DNA of 64,000 nt from Candidatus Helarchaeota archaeon (GTDB lineage Archaea > Asgardarchaeota > Lokiarchaeia > Helarchaeales > RDOG01). This document shows positions 1 through 9,774 of the stretch, piece after piece. A program made the translations under genes and the position numbers. The stretch covers positions 288,001-352,000 of the forward strand of contig JAHPZH010000002.1 of the NCBI GenBank assembly GCA_019058315.1. The letters are read 5' to 3'. Below the pieces are notes generated by a model. It ran no database searches. It was given only the letters and a program-made list of their open reading frames with translations, and was not told the DNA's origin. Every line of letters starts with the position of its first letter. Positions within the stretch are counted from its first letter, which is position 1.

Positions 1-447
1 TGCGCTTTCCACATTTTTATCAATCGTTAAACCGATTTCTTCGTTCCATATTTTTAATTCTCTTTTTGCAGTTTTAGCACTATCTGATGCATGTACTAAG
101 TTAACTCCTCCATAAATTCCTAAATCCCCACGAATACTCTGAGAATCGGCTTCTTGACACTTTGTAGCTCCTATCCAATCTCTAAATTTCTGAATATTAC
201 CTTCCACTATCATTGCTAGAACGGGACCGAGTTTGATAAATTTGAGTAACCAAGGAAAAAAATCCTTGCCTTCATGTTCTTGATAATGTCTTTTAGCATG
301 TTTATCGGTCATTGTAACTTCTTTAAAAGCTAAAATCTTATAATCCTTATTTCTGTGTATAATATCTAAGATTTTTGCTCCAACATATTTTCTTAAATAA
401 GCATCTGGTTTTAGAAACACTAAAAATCGTTCTTTCTCTGAATTCAT
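1..447 (-). CDS. ndk: Nucleoside diphosphate kinase (3' end runs off the window; not in the ORF track)
   Basis: Manual translation from ATG 447: MNSEKERFLVFLKPDA...HYQEHEGKDFF...IGAT...SIRGDLG...NLVHASDS, containing the KPD, IRGD and NxxHxSDS motifs. Confidence 0.93.
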   Translation of the reverse strand, partial: MNSEKERFLVFLKPDAYLRKYVGAKILDIIHRNKDYKILAFKEVTMTDKHAKRHYQEHEGKDFFPWLLKFIKLGPVLAMIVEGNIQKFRDWIGATKCQEADSQSIRGDLGIYGGVNLVHASDSAKTAKRELKIWNEEIGLTIDKNVESA

Positions 448-480
448 ATTTAAACACTATTTAAATTAGAAGTTCTAATA

Positions 481-1725
481 TTACATATTCTTAATAATTT
501 CATTACCATACTCTGAACATTTAATTGGCTTTATATTTTCCATTAATCTTGCTAAATCATATGTTACTTTTTTTTGCTTTATAGTCTTCTGGATTGCATT
601 AGTAATAATAACACCAGCTTTATCCCAACCCATATAATCTAACATCATCACACCAGATAAAATAAGACTAGAAGGGTTAACCTTGTCTTGTCCTGTGTAT
701 TTAGGTGCTGAACCATGTGTAGCTTCGAACAAACCAATAAAATCTCCGATATTGGCACCAGGAGCCATTCCCAAACCTCCAATTTGGGCAGCCGCCGCAT
801 CTGAAAGGTAATCACCATTTAAATTAGGAGTTGCAATAACTTGATATTCATTTGTTCTAGTTAATATCTGCTGAAACATACTATCTGCTATTCTATCATT
901 AATAAGTATCTTTCCTTCGGGAATATTTCCATTATATATCTCCCAGAGATCATCTTCAGTTATTATTTGATCTTTGAATTCTCTGTGAGCCAAATTATAT
1001 CCCCAATCTCTAAAAGAACCTTCAGTAAATTTCATAATATTTCCCTTATGAACAAGGGTTACTCGATTTAATTTTTTATTAATTGCATATTTTATTGCTG
1101 CTCTAACAAGCCTTTCGGTTCTTTTTATGCTAATTGGTTTAATTCCAATACCAGAATCGCTGGCGATGTCGATTTTATAGGTATTTTTTATAAAATCAAT
1201 GATTTTTTTGGCCTCCACGGTTCCTTCCTTCCATTCAATACCTGCATAAACATCCTCTGTATTCTCCCTGAAAATTACTACATTCATTTGTTCAGGGTGT
1301 TTTACAGGGCTAGGTACCCCATTGAAATACCTCACAGGTCGGATGCATGAATATAAATCAAATTTTTGTCTAAGAGTAACATTTAAGCTACGATAACCGC
1401 CTCCAACTGGAGTTGTTAGGGGTCCCTTGATTACGATTAAATAATTTTCTATAGCCTCGAATGTATCTTCTGGTAAGACAGTCCCATATATTTTTTGAGC
1501 TTTCTCCCCAGCAAAAATCTCAAACCAAATAATCTTTTTTTTCCCCTTATATGCTTTTTCAACAGCTGCGTCAATGACCTTCCTTGTAACTTTCATAATA
1601 TCGGGACCTATTCCATCTCCCTCAATAAAAGGGATAATAGGATTATCTGGAACAATTATTTTATCATCTTTGATTTCTACTTTCTGCCCAGTTTTAGGAA
1701 TTTTAATTTTTTCAAATTCTATCAT
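481..1725 (-). CDS. icd: NADP-dependent isocitrate dehydrogenase
   Basis: [35 protein letters not shown] and [10 protein letters not shown] motifs. Confidence 0.96.
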   Translation of the reverse strand: MIEFEKIKIPKTGQKVEIKDDKIIVPDNPIIPFIEGDGIGPDIMKVTRKVIDAAVEKAYKGKKKIIWFEIFAGEKAQKIYGTVLPEDTFEAIENYLIVIKGPLTTPVGGGYRSLNVTLRQKFDLYSCIRPVRYFNGVPSPVKHPEQMNVVIFRENTEDVYAGIEWKEGTVEAKKIIDFIKNTYKIDIASDSGIGIKPISIKRTERLVRAAIKYAINKKLNRVTLVHKGNIMKFTEGSFRDWGYNLAHREFKDQIITEDDLWEIYNGNIPEGKILINDRIADSMFQQILTRTNEYQVIATPNLNGDYLSDAAAAQIGGLGMAPGANIGDFIGLFEATHGSAPKYTGQDKVNPSSLILSGVMMLDYMGWDKAGVIITNAIQKTIKQKKVTYDLARLMENIKPIKCSEYGNEIIKNM

Positions 1726-1771
1726 ATGGAGTCCTCTTATAATAAAAAAAACAAAGATAAAAAATAAAAAA

Positions 1772-2476
1772 TTATTGCTTAAGTTTATCTACAATCTGTT
1801 TAATCGTCGGAGAAAGCCATAACATTTCTAAAAAATAATCAACGTGAACTAATTCACGTACCTCGAGAAATCGCAAATATTTTTTAAGATCTACTTTCGT
1901 TACTCCTAAATCTTTTGCTAATTTATCAAAAGATTTCATCTGCCCATGATAATTATTTAATTTAGAAATCATAGGTAATATTTTATCTAAGCTTCTCTTT
2001 AATAATTCATGCATTGCCTGGTCTAAATGTTCTTTAGTTTTGGTACTAGTTTCTATAATTTTACAATTTTTTAAAAACTCAAAGGTTTTTTTTAATTCAG
2101 CAGTGGATCGTGAACTTGGAAGATCTTGCTTATTCGCAAGCACAACTATTGGAACTTTTGGTACGTATTTTCTAGCTTCAGCCCAAATTTCTCCAACTTC
2201 TTTATCTTTAGAAGAATCAGCAGCATCTATAATAAAAACTATTCCGTCTGCTCCATTAGATAAAATTTCACGAATGGTAGAAAAATGTGACATACCGGGT
2301 GTTCCAAAAACGAAAAGTTTAATATCTTCGAAATCTTTTACACCAAAATCCATTGCGACCGTTGTAGCCAGACCATCCCTTCCCATTTTATCTAAGCTCA
2401 TTGCGTTTTCACCACAAAATTGTTTAACAAAAGTAGATTTACCTGCATGAAATGGTCCGAGCACAACTATCTTCAT
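1772..2476 (-). CDS. MglA/Arf-like small GTPase with a C-terminal winged-helix-like extension
   Basis: [26 protein letters not shown]; about 65 extra C-terminal residues with an HTH pattern ([22 protein letters not shown]). Confidence 0.85.
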   Translation of the reverse strand: MKIVVLGPFHAGKSTFVKQFCGENAMSLDKMGRDGLATTVAMDFGVKDFEDIKLFVFGTPGMSHFSTIREILSNGADGIVFIIDAADSSKDKEVGEIWAEARKYVPKVPIVVLANKQDLPSSRSTAELKKTFEFLKNCKIIETSTKTKEHLDQAMHELLKRSLDKILPMISKLNNYHGQMKSFDKLAKDLGVTKVDLKKYLRFLEVRELVHVDYFLEMLWLSPTIKQIVDKLKQ

Positions 2477-2642
2477 TTTATATTAACCTAATAATTTCTA
2501 TTGATTATTTTTCAATTTTAAATAACAAATATTATCTTATGAAGTATTTAACAATTATACTATAAGTAGTAAAAAGTTTTGTTTTCCTTAGTTTCAAAAT
2601 CATTTTTCTAGTTAATTAACTCATAAAAGGAGATGGTTTGGT

Positions 2643-3800
2643 TTATTTTTTCCAAATATAAGAAATATCCTCTAATTTATCAGATGTAACCCAAAATTTT
2701 TCTAATTTCCGTCTTGCTTCTTCACGCTTTTTTTGGTGATTTTGCAGAAATTGATTAATTCGATTTATTAAATCTTTTTTACAATCTCCGCAAATAATTC
2801 TTCCAGCTTTACAATCTTCGTAATTCTGCTTGTATTCTTTTTCATCCCACATAAATAAGCAGTAATAATATTTATGTACTGAGCAAATGTCGGGATTTCC
2901 GCCTTTTTCTCTTTGTTCTTTTACTGTTGCACGCCCACCCGTAAAAGCTCCGCTTATTTTCTTCTTTACATCTTCTGAGGAATCAGTTGTGTAAATGGCG
3001 CTTTCTTTGATCGAGGCACTCATTTTTTCAGTTTTTTTACCTAATCCTGGTAAAAATATACAGTGAATAGAAGATGGTTTTAAATATCCTAACTTTGGTG
3101 CAACGTCGCGAGTTACTCTAAAATGAGGATCTTGATCAATAGCGTGAGGAATTAAACATGGAATGTTTTTTTTCACCAAAATCGATGGTAAAACTGCAGG
3201 GACTGCTTGCATTGAAGTATAAAATATTTCTCCCAAATTATTTTGATGCTTAAAATCAAATACTGCTTTCGCAGTTGAAAAAGTAATTTTTTTAGCAAAT
3301 AAAGCAGCAACTGGATAGAGATGACTAGCAATTTCAATATTAGAAAATATATGAGTCTTTTTTTCGTCAAAGCCTAAAGCGATAACATCAAGTGCATTTT
3401 CATGTGCATAGAAGTTTGATTCTTTTAACTCAATATTTCTTTTAAAATAAAATTTTTCATCGTCCGTCATTTGGAACCATAAAGGGACATCGAATTTATC
3501 CTGTAACCATTTCGTGAAAATCCAAGGCATTAAATGTCCTAAATGAGTATCTCCAGAAGGACCTCTACCTGTATATAAAAAGAAATTTGGATCTTTTTCA
3601 TATTGGTCTAAAAGCCAATCAACATCTCTATGAGAGAAAAAAATCTGCCTTTTTAAAAGAGGATGAAGGTCTCCGGTGATTTCTTTTATTCTAAATATCA
3701 AATCTGGCGTAATTTTTTTAGTCCCAAAGTCTTCAATTAATTGATTATAATCTACTTCACCAGAAACTTCCCAAGGTGTGACTTTAAATGACAAATTCAT
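2643..3800 (-). CDS. trpS: Tryptophanyl-tRNA synthetase (archaeal/eukaryotic type)
   Basis: VTPWEV, YTGRGPS, HLGH, DQDPHFR, KMSAS, AFTGG. Confidence 0.96.
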   Translation of the reverse strand: MNLSFKVTPWEVSGEVDYNQLIEDFGTKKITPDLIFRIKEITGDLHPLLKRQIFFSHRDVDWLLDQYEKDPNFFLYTGRGPSGDTHLGHLMPWIFTKWLQDKFDVPLWFQMTDDEKFYFKRNIELKESNFYAHENALDVIALGFDEKKTHIFSNIEIASHLYPVAALFAKKITFSTAKAVFDFKHQNNLGEIFYTSMQAVPAVLPSILVKKNIPCLIPHAIDQDPHFRVTRDVAPKLGYLKPSSIHCIFLPGLGKKTEKMSASIKESAIYTTDSSEDVKKKISGAFTGGRATVKEQREKGGNPDICSVHKYYYCLFMWDEKEYKQNYEDCKAGRIICGDCKKDLINRINQFLQNHQKKREEARRKLEKFWVTSDKLEDISYIWKK

Positions 3801-3810
3801 CGCACTTCCT

Positions 3811-4704
3811 TTATTTGAAATGAATTTTTTGTGGGTAAAAATAATTTACAAACAATTCTTTTAATAATTCTGATAATTCTTGTGAAAAGTCTACTTTTTG
3901 AATATTCAAAACCGCGAAATAATAATTAGTATAAGGATCTTTTGAGACATTCGCTTCATAGCCAATATTTTGAAATCTTTTCTCAATTTTTCTACATTTT
4001 TCTTTAAAATATCCTTTAATTAAAAAGTCATTTCTTCGAAATCTGCCATAAGATTCTGTGAAAATATGTGCCCATATCTTTTTTGGGTTCAGTTGATAAT
4101 TTATTCGATAATTTGTTCCATAATAATTTGGAATAATATTTCCATCTAATTCTTTTTCAATAAAATTCTCAAAATCATTAAAAAAAGATTTCATACTTTG
4201 AGATATTATTTTTAAATGGTGATATATTCTCTTTAATCCATTTTTCAACTTTAATTTAATTGGATATTTTATATTTTGAAGTTTTTTCTCTTTAATATGA
4301 TAGATATGACAGTCAATGTCCTCATATTTTGATGAAATCGTGAATTTATATGGATCAATAACTAACCCAATTGCTTGTGGTAAAAATTTTTGATATCTAG
4401 TTTGAGTGTTTATATCAGTATGGGAAAAGAAATGAGCCCCCATCTTTGGGTGAGAGTGATACCATCCTAAAATAATTTGCTTACTCATCCTTTTTTCTAA
4501 TAGTTCTGTTACTTTTATTATTTCCAAATCATTCATTTTTACATGAGTAGAGGTAGCTTTTTGTTGAGTCGTGGCAGTATCAATAATCTTAATTATTCCT
4601 CTTTTTATCTTACCAATCAAATAGCCTGCGACTTCTTTATGTAGATCTTTGCTTGAATGTTCAATTATTTTATAAAATGCCATAGGGTGAATTAAAATAC
4701 GCAC
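3811..4704 (-). CDS. JAMM/MPN+ (Rpn11/JAB1-like) metalloprotease with C-terminal extension
   Basis: EVAGYLIG, GWYHSHP...FSHTD JAMM motif, GLVIDP. Confidence 0.88.
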   Translation of the reverse strand: MRILIHPMAFYKIIEHSSKDLHKEVAGYLIGKIKRGIIKIIDTATTQQKATSTHVKMNDLEIIKVTELLEKRMSKQIILGWYHSHPKMGAHFFSHTDINTQTRYQKFLPQAIGLVIDPYKFTISSKYEDIDCHIYHIKEKKLQNIKYPIKLKLKNGLKRIYHHLKIISQSMKSFFNDFENFIEKELDGNIIPNYYGTNYRINYQLNPKKIWAHIFTESYGRFRRNDFLIKGYFKEKCRKIEKRFQNIGYEANVSKDPYTNYYFAVLNIQKVDFSQELSELLKELFVNYFYPQKIHFK

Positions 4705-4736
4705 TTAAGCTGCTCCATTAATTAGGAATTTTATAT

Positions 4737-5681
4737 TTAATCTATTGTATCTTGTTCTAAAGCTTTTATAGCAATTTCCAGACACTCTACTCCAAATTTC
4801 AACGGTACTGGATTTTTTTCATCGTATAGGAATGAATGTAGTTCTCTTTTCAAAGGCTCTTCAAAAACATAAGGTTGAGAATGTGTTTCCATTCTATAAG
4901 AGCGTTCGTTAGGTTCTAAAGTCTCTTTAACTAATTTTAGCTCTTGTGAATTATAATCTACTTCGAGAACTCCTGTCTTTCCATATATAGTCATTTTACG
5001 ATATTTTGTAGGTGTTAACCAATTAACCTCAATTAGACTGTTGGTTCCATTTTTAAATTTTAAAAGAATAAACGCAGCATCTTCATAATTTTTTAATTCC
5101 CCTTTATGAAAATACCCAAGCATACTTTCAACTTTTTCAATTTCCCCTAAAAGGATCTTATGGATATATATTTCATGGATGCCTAAATCTAGAATTACTC
5201 CATGATTCCAATGTCTATGAGGAAATCGTCCAATTCGTCTTGAACTAATCATTAATATATCATCAATTTCTTTAATTTGGTCTTTTAGGCGATCAACAAC
5301 TGGATTAAATAGTTCTATGAAACCACATGTCATCCTGATTTGATTTTCAAATTTCAATAGTTTTTTTACTGAATTTAAATCGATCCCCATCGGTTTCTCT
5401 AAAAGAAGGTCAATATTATGTTTCGCTAGGTCTTCTGCAACAATAGGTATGTATTCTGGGGGTAGGACGATACTGACTGCATCTATTTCTTCATTTTCTA
5501 ACATATCTATATGGGTTGGATACGAATTCACTCCATATTTTTCTGCAATATTACGCCTAGTTATCTCATTGGAATCACAAATTGCTTTTAAATTAGATAT
5601 TTCGTTATAAACTCGGCAATGAGCTTGTCCAAACCAGCCTACACCAATAACCGCTGTATTTTTCAAAATTTTATCTCCCAC
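4737..5681 (-). CDS. Gfo/Idh/MocA family oxidoreductase
   Basis: GVGWFG Rossmann motif, EKPM, DLGIH. Confidence 0.9.
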   Translation of the reverse strand: MGDKILKNTAVIGVGWFGQAHCRVYNEISNLKAICDSNEITRRNIAEKYGVNSYPTHIDMLENEEIDAVSIVLPPEYIPIVAEDLAKHNIDLLLEKPMGIDLNSVKKLLKFENQIRMTCGFIELFNPVVDRLKDQIKEIDDILMISSRRIGRFPHRHWNHGVILDLGIHEIYIHKILLGEIEKVESMLGYFHKGELKNYEDAAFILLKFKNGTNSLIEVNWLTPTKYRKMTIYGKTGVLEVDYNSQELKLVKETLEPNERSYRMETHSQPYVFEEPLKRELHSFLYDEKNPVPLKFGVECLEIAIKALEQDTID

Positions 5682-5838
5682 AAATTTCTAATATATTGTT
5701 CTAAAAATACCTTGATATTTGTTATAACTCCTTGTATTCTAAAATAAATTATGATATTTTTGTTAACTTATGATTAAAGGAAAATTTTAAAGCAATTTAT
5801 TCCATATTTTGATTTTTACACTACGTGTTTTGAGAAAA

Positions 5839-6843
5839 ATGAAGCCATCGAAACAAGTTATTAGCGGTTCCGACTTTATTACAACACAAGAGTTGGAAAA
5901 AGAAAATCTTGAGTTGTTAATAGAAAAAGCGTTCGAACTAAAAAATGCAAAGGATCCCTCAAAATACAGCGAAATTTTAAAAAATAAAACTCTAATCATG
6001 CTTTTTTTCAACCCATCAACTCGAACACGTACCTCATTTGAAGTTGCTATGACTCAATTAGGAGGTCATGCAATTTTTATGAGTGGAAATGATATTTGGT
6101 TAGGAAAAAATTCCGAATCTGTCAAAGATACTGCTAAAGTCTTTTCTCGTTATGCAAATATAATAGCAATTCGTATGTTTCCTGATATTTCAAAAGGAAA
6201 TTATGGAACAATTAATAAAATTATGAGAGAATTCGCTGAATGGTCAGAAATACCTATTATTAATATGGAGGATGATTTATTTCATCCTTGTCAAGCACTT
6301 ACAGATATCATGACTATAAAAGAAAAACTAGGCAGCTTAAAGAATAAAAAAATTGTTATTAGCTGGGCATATCATCCAAAACCTCTCCCTGTAAGTGTAC
6401 CTAATTCCATAGTTTTGAACTCTACTCGTTTCGGTCTTGATGTAACACTATGTCATCCAAAAGGATTCGAGCTACAGCCATATATTTTAAAAACAGCAGA
6501 ACAAAACGCAAAAGATAATGGAGGATCATTTAGAATTGTAAACACAATGGAAGAAGGATACAAAGATACGGAAATTGTATATGTAAAATCTTGGGGTGCC
6601 CTACAATATTATGGTAATAATAAAGAGGAAAAAAAACTTAGACAACCATATAGGGGAAAATGGATATGCAATGAAGAAATTATGAAAAGAGCAGATAAAA
6701 ATTCTATTTTTATGCATTGCCTTCCTGTTTTAAGAAATGTGGTGGTTGAGGATGCCGTAATTGATGGTCCTCATTCTGTGGTTTATGATCAAGCAGAAAA
6801 TCGATTACATCTACAGAAAGCACTATTAAGCGAAATTGGATAA
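5839..6843 (+). CDS. N-acyl-ornithine carbamoyltransferase (ArgF'-type AOTCase/SOTCase family)
   Basis: FNPSTRT, HPCQ, SWAYHPKPLP proline loop, KSWG, HCLPVLRN; start moved from TTG 5809 to ATG 5839. Confidence 0.85.
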   Translation: MKPSKQVISGSDFITTQELEKENLELLIEKAFELKNAKDPSKYSEILKNKTLIMLFFNPSTRTRTSFEVAMTQLGGHAIFMSGNDIWLGKNSESVKDTAKVFSRYANIIAIRMFPDISKGNYGTINKIMREFAEWSEIPIINMEDDLFHPCQALTDIMTIKEKLGSLKNKKIVISWAYHPKPLPVSVPNSIVLNSTRFGLDVTLCHPKGFELQPYILKTAEQNAKDNGGSFRIVNTMEEGYKDTEIVYVKSWGALQYYGNNKEEKKLRQPYRGKWICNEEIMKRADKNSIFMHCLPVLRNVVVEDAVIDGPHSVVYDQAENRLHLQKALLSEIG

Positions 6844-6849
6844 TTAAAT

Positions 6850-7950
6850 TTATTTCTTAACCTCTAGGAGCAGTTCGATTATTTTCTTATAAACTTTTAT
6901 TGAATTTAGAAATTCTTGAATTTCTATATATTCATTATCAGTATGTTCAGCTTGAGGATCTCCGGGACCGTAGCTAATAATCGGAATTTGCATCTTTTGT
7001 CCAATAATATTCATAAAGCAAGTACCAGTTTTTCGAAGAACTTTAGATTTTTTATTTAAAACCTCAGTAATGGCATTAATTGTAGCTTGAACAATTTTAG
7101 ATTTCTTATCGGTTCTGTATCCCTCAATTCGATTTAGTATTTCATATGAAATTTCGATTTCTTTTTTTTTCGTGAATTCTTCTAATTTTAGATCTATTTC
7201 CTTAATCAATAATTCAGAGGAAACTCCGGGTGGAAATCTAATATCAATATTTATTGAGCAACTTTCAGGTACAACATTTACAGCAGTTCCACCTTGAATT
7301 ATGGTTAAATTAGGTATTACTGAGAAAAATGGAGATTTTCCCTTATATTTTTGTTCAAAATAGTTTTTCAATTTAGTCCATAATATAGATGCTTCCTCTA
7401 TTGCATTAATATAAAGCCAAGAACTAGCTACATGTCCCTGACCTTTTTTAGATTTTATTGTAAACTTTAATCCCAACCGACCTTTATAGGCAGCACCAAT
7501 TCTATCATCTCCCCCAGGTTCTCCAAAAATTGCATAATCCACATTAAATTGATTTTTAATTAGCTGTTCTACTCCTTTCAAGCTAATTTCTTCTTCTACA
7601 AGACCAGCAAATATGATCTTCCCTTTAATGTTTTTCTTTACAAAATTTGAAATCGCTAATATCATGGCAGCAATAGAACCTTTTGCATCAACGCTACCTC
7701 TACCATAAAGTTTTTCACCTTCTATTTTAACTGGAATTTCGCCGGGAACGGTATCCATATGTGAAGAAAATAAAATTACAGGCTTATCAGAACCTATTTC
7801 GCCTATTACATTTCCCACTGGATCATTCCAAACTTTAAAACCTAATTTTTTCATTTCTTTTTTCAAAAAATCTGCAATTTTTTCTTCTTTTCCAGATGGA
7901 CTGTAAATTTCCACTAGCTTTTTTAAAAAGGCAGTCTGTTCATTATTCAA
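6850..7950 (-). CDS. M20 amidohydrolase, LysK/ArgE type ([LysW]-lysine/ornithine hydrolase or acetylornithine deacetylase)
   Basis: SHMDTVPG, GRGSVDAKG, EEE, GEP, YGPGD...HTDNE. Confidence 0.85.
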   Translation of the reverse strand: MNNEQTAFLKKLVEIYSPSGKEEKIADFLKKEMKKLGFKVWNDPVGNVIGEIGSDKPVILFSSHMDTVPGEIPVKIEGEKLYGRGSVDAKGSIAAMILAISNFVKKNIKGKIIFAGLVEEEISLKGVEQLIKNQFNVDYAIFGEPGGDDRIGAAYKGRLGLKFTIKSKKGQGHVASSWLYINAIEEASILWTKLKNYFEQKYKGKSPFFSVIPNLTIIQGGTAVNVVPESCSINIDIRFPPGVSSELLIKEIDLKLEEFTKKKEIEISYEILNRIEGYRTDKKSKIVQATINAITEVLNKKSKVLRKTGTCFMNIIGQKMQIPIISYGPGDPQAEHTDNEYIEIQEFLNSIKVYKKIIELLLEVKK

Positions 7951-8386
7951 AGTAATACCACCCTAAAAGATAAGTAATGTAATTCAACAAAAAAAATAAT
8001 TATAAATTTTGTTTATTTTATTGCTTAAACCAAGAAAATTGTTATGTATCTAATAAATTTTCAATTTATTATAATTCAAATTCTTAAACCGTAATATAAA
8101 ATCCAAATATGAAATTACACAAATGAAATAATTTATCATGAGATTTACAATTTTTAGAGTATTTTATTATAAGAAATAAGATATTTACATTTTTTTTTGA
8201 GAAATCTATAATAATATTTGAAAAAAATTTCGAATTTCTATTCGTCTTAAAGAATTAGTTTATCTAAAAAATCTCTATTTTATTCTCTATCTAATTAAAT
8301 TTTTAATATAATACTTGTTAACTTCATTTTAACATATTCATCTCTAAAAAATCTTCTCATCTATACGATCTTTGTAGATGATAATG

Positions 8387-8400
8387 AAAAATTTTTAAAT
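8387..8400 (+). promoter_or_regulatory. Candidate BRE/TATA box for the actin gene
   Basis: A-rich stretch followed by TTTTTAAA, about 155 nt upstream of the actin ATG; the region is very AT-rich so specificity is low. Confidence 0.3.
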
Positions 8401-8555
8401 AGTAGGGGAAATTTAACTACTATAAGTGAATATTGCATAACAAATTCCAAATTTATAATAATTTGGGTTAAAACTTGGATTATAGAAGAAAACCGAAAGG
8501 TTCTATAATCTAAAATATTTGCTACAAAAATTTGAAAAAAAATTGGTGAAATTAT

Positions 8556-9692
8556 ATGGAAGAAGAAATATTAGGTAAACCGGTAGTAGTTGACAACGGA
8601 ACAGGTATTACCAAAAATGGTTATGCCGGTGAAGACCAACCAAGATCTGTTTTCCCAACGCTTATTGGATATCCCAAATATACATCAATTATGACCGATG
8701 TAGAGCATTACACACGTGAATACTATATTGGGGAAGAAGCATTACAACTCCGTGGTGTTTTAAGACTAAATTATCCTATTGGCCATGGTATAGTAGAAGA
8801 TTGGGGTGCTATGGAAAAAATTTGGCATTATACTTTCTACACTGATTTGAGAATTGACCCTGCAGAGCATCCAGTTCTTTTAACAGAGCCTCCCTTGAAT
8901 CCTAGACCCAATAGAGAAAAAATGTGTGAAATCATGTTTGAGACTTTTAACACTCCTGCCATCTATGTAGCAATGCAAGCAGTTTTATCATTATATGCCT
9001 CCGGTCGTACTACAGGACTTGTATGCGATTCCGGTACTGGTGTAACGCACGTTGTCCCTATTTATGAAGGATTTGCTCTTACACATGCTATCTCAAGATT
9101 GGACCTTGCAGGACGTGATATCACCGAATATTTAATGAGACTCTTGCGCCAAAGAGGTTATTCTTTAACAACTTCTGCTGAGAAAGAAATTGTTAGAGAT
9201 ATTAAAGAAAAACTTTGTTACGTAGCATTAGATCCTGAAAAAGAGCTAAAATTAGCAGAAAAAGTTTCTGGAATGGAAAAATCTTACATGCTTCCTGATG
9301 GTGAAACTCTAACTGTGGGAGTAGAAAGATTCCTTGCACCTGAAGTAGTCTTCAATCCTAGCGCAGTAGGAAAAGAAAGTCCTCCTATGGATGAAGTTAT
9401 CGTCGAAGCAGTTTCTAAATGCGATATCGATTTACGCCGAGACCTATATTCCAATATCGTCCTATCTGGCGGTTCAACTATGTTTCCAGGTCTTAAAGAA
9501 CGCTTAACAAGAGAAATAAGCGAAATGATCCCTGAAAACGTAGAGGTTAAAATTATCGCACCTCCTGAGCGAATGTATTCGGTCTGGATTGGTGGATCGA
9601 TTCTATCCTCGTTAAGAACCTTCCAGAAGATGTGGGTAACTCGTAAAGAATATAAAGAAATTGGTCCATCTGTAATACACAGATGTTTTTAA
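8556..9692 (+). CDS. Asgard actin (conserved Lokiactin type)
   Basis: [77 protein letters not shown]-terminal HRCF; SD-like GGTGA upstream. Confidence 0.97.
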   Translation: MEEEILGKPVVVDNGTGITKNGYAGEDQPRSVFPTLIGYPKYTSIMTDVEHYTREYYIGEEALQLRGVLRLNYPIGHGIVEDWGAMEKIWHYTFYTDLRIDPAEHPVLLTEPPLNPRPNREKMCEIMFETFNTPAIYVAMQAVLSLYASGRTTGLVCDSGTGVTHVVPIYEGFALTHAISRLDLAGRDITEYLMRLLRQRGYSLTTSAEKEIVRDIKEKLCYVALDPEKELKLAEKVSGMEKSYMLPDGETLTVGVERFLAPEVVFNPSAVGKESPPMDEVIVEAVSKCDIDLRRDLYSNIVLSGGSTMFPGLKERLTREISEMIPENVEVKIIAPPERMYSVWIGGSILSSLRTFQKMWVTRKEYKEIGPSVIHRCF

Positions 9693-9699
9693 TTCAAAA

Positions 9700-9772
9700 T
9701 TTAAAAAACTCTTTTTTTCTTTTTTTAATTTTAATAAAAATTCTTTAAAAAATAAGATTTATTTATAATTAA
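9700..9772. terminator. Oligo-T/A tract between the convergent actin and repeat-protein genes
   Basis: CTTTTTTTCTTTTTTTAA shortly after the actin stop; typical archaeal T-rich terminator. Confidence 0.45.
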
Positions 9773-9774
9773 TA

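Noticed and set aside
8475-8513. Hairpin with a GAA bulge as a SECIS element
   Set aside because: It lies 5' of actin, neither flanking gene has an in-frame UGA, and the AUGA/GA core of Loki/eukaryote-type SECIS is absent
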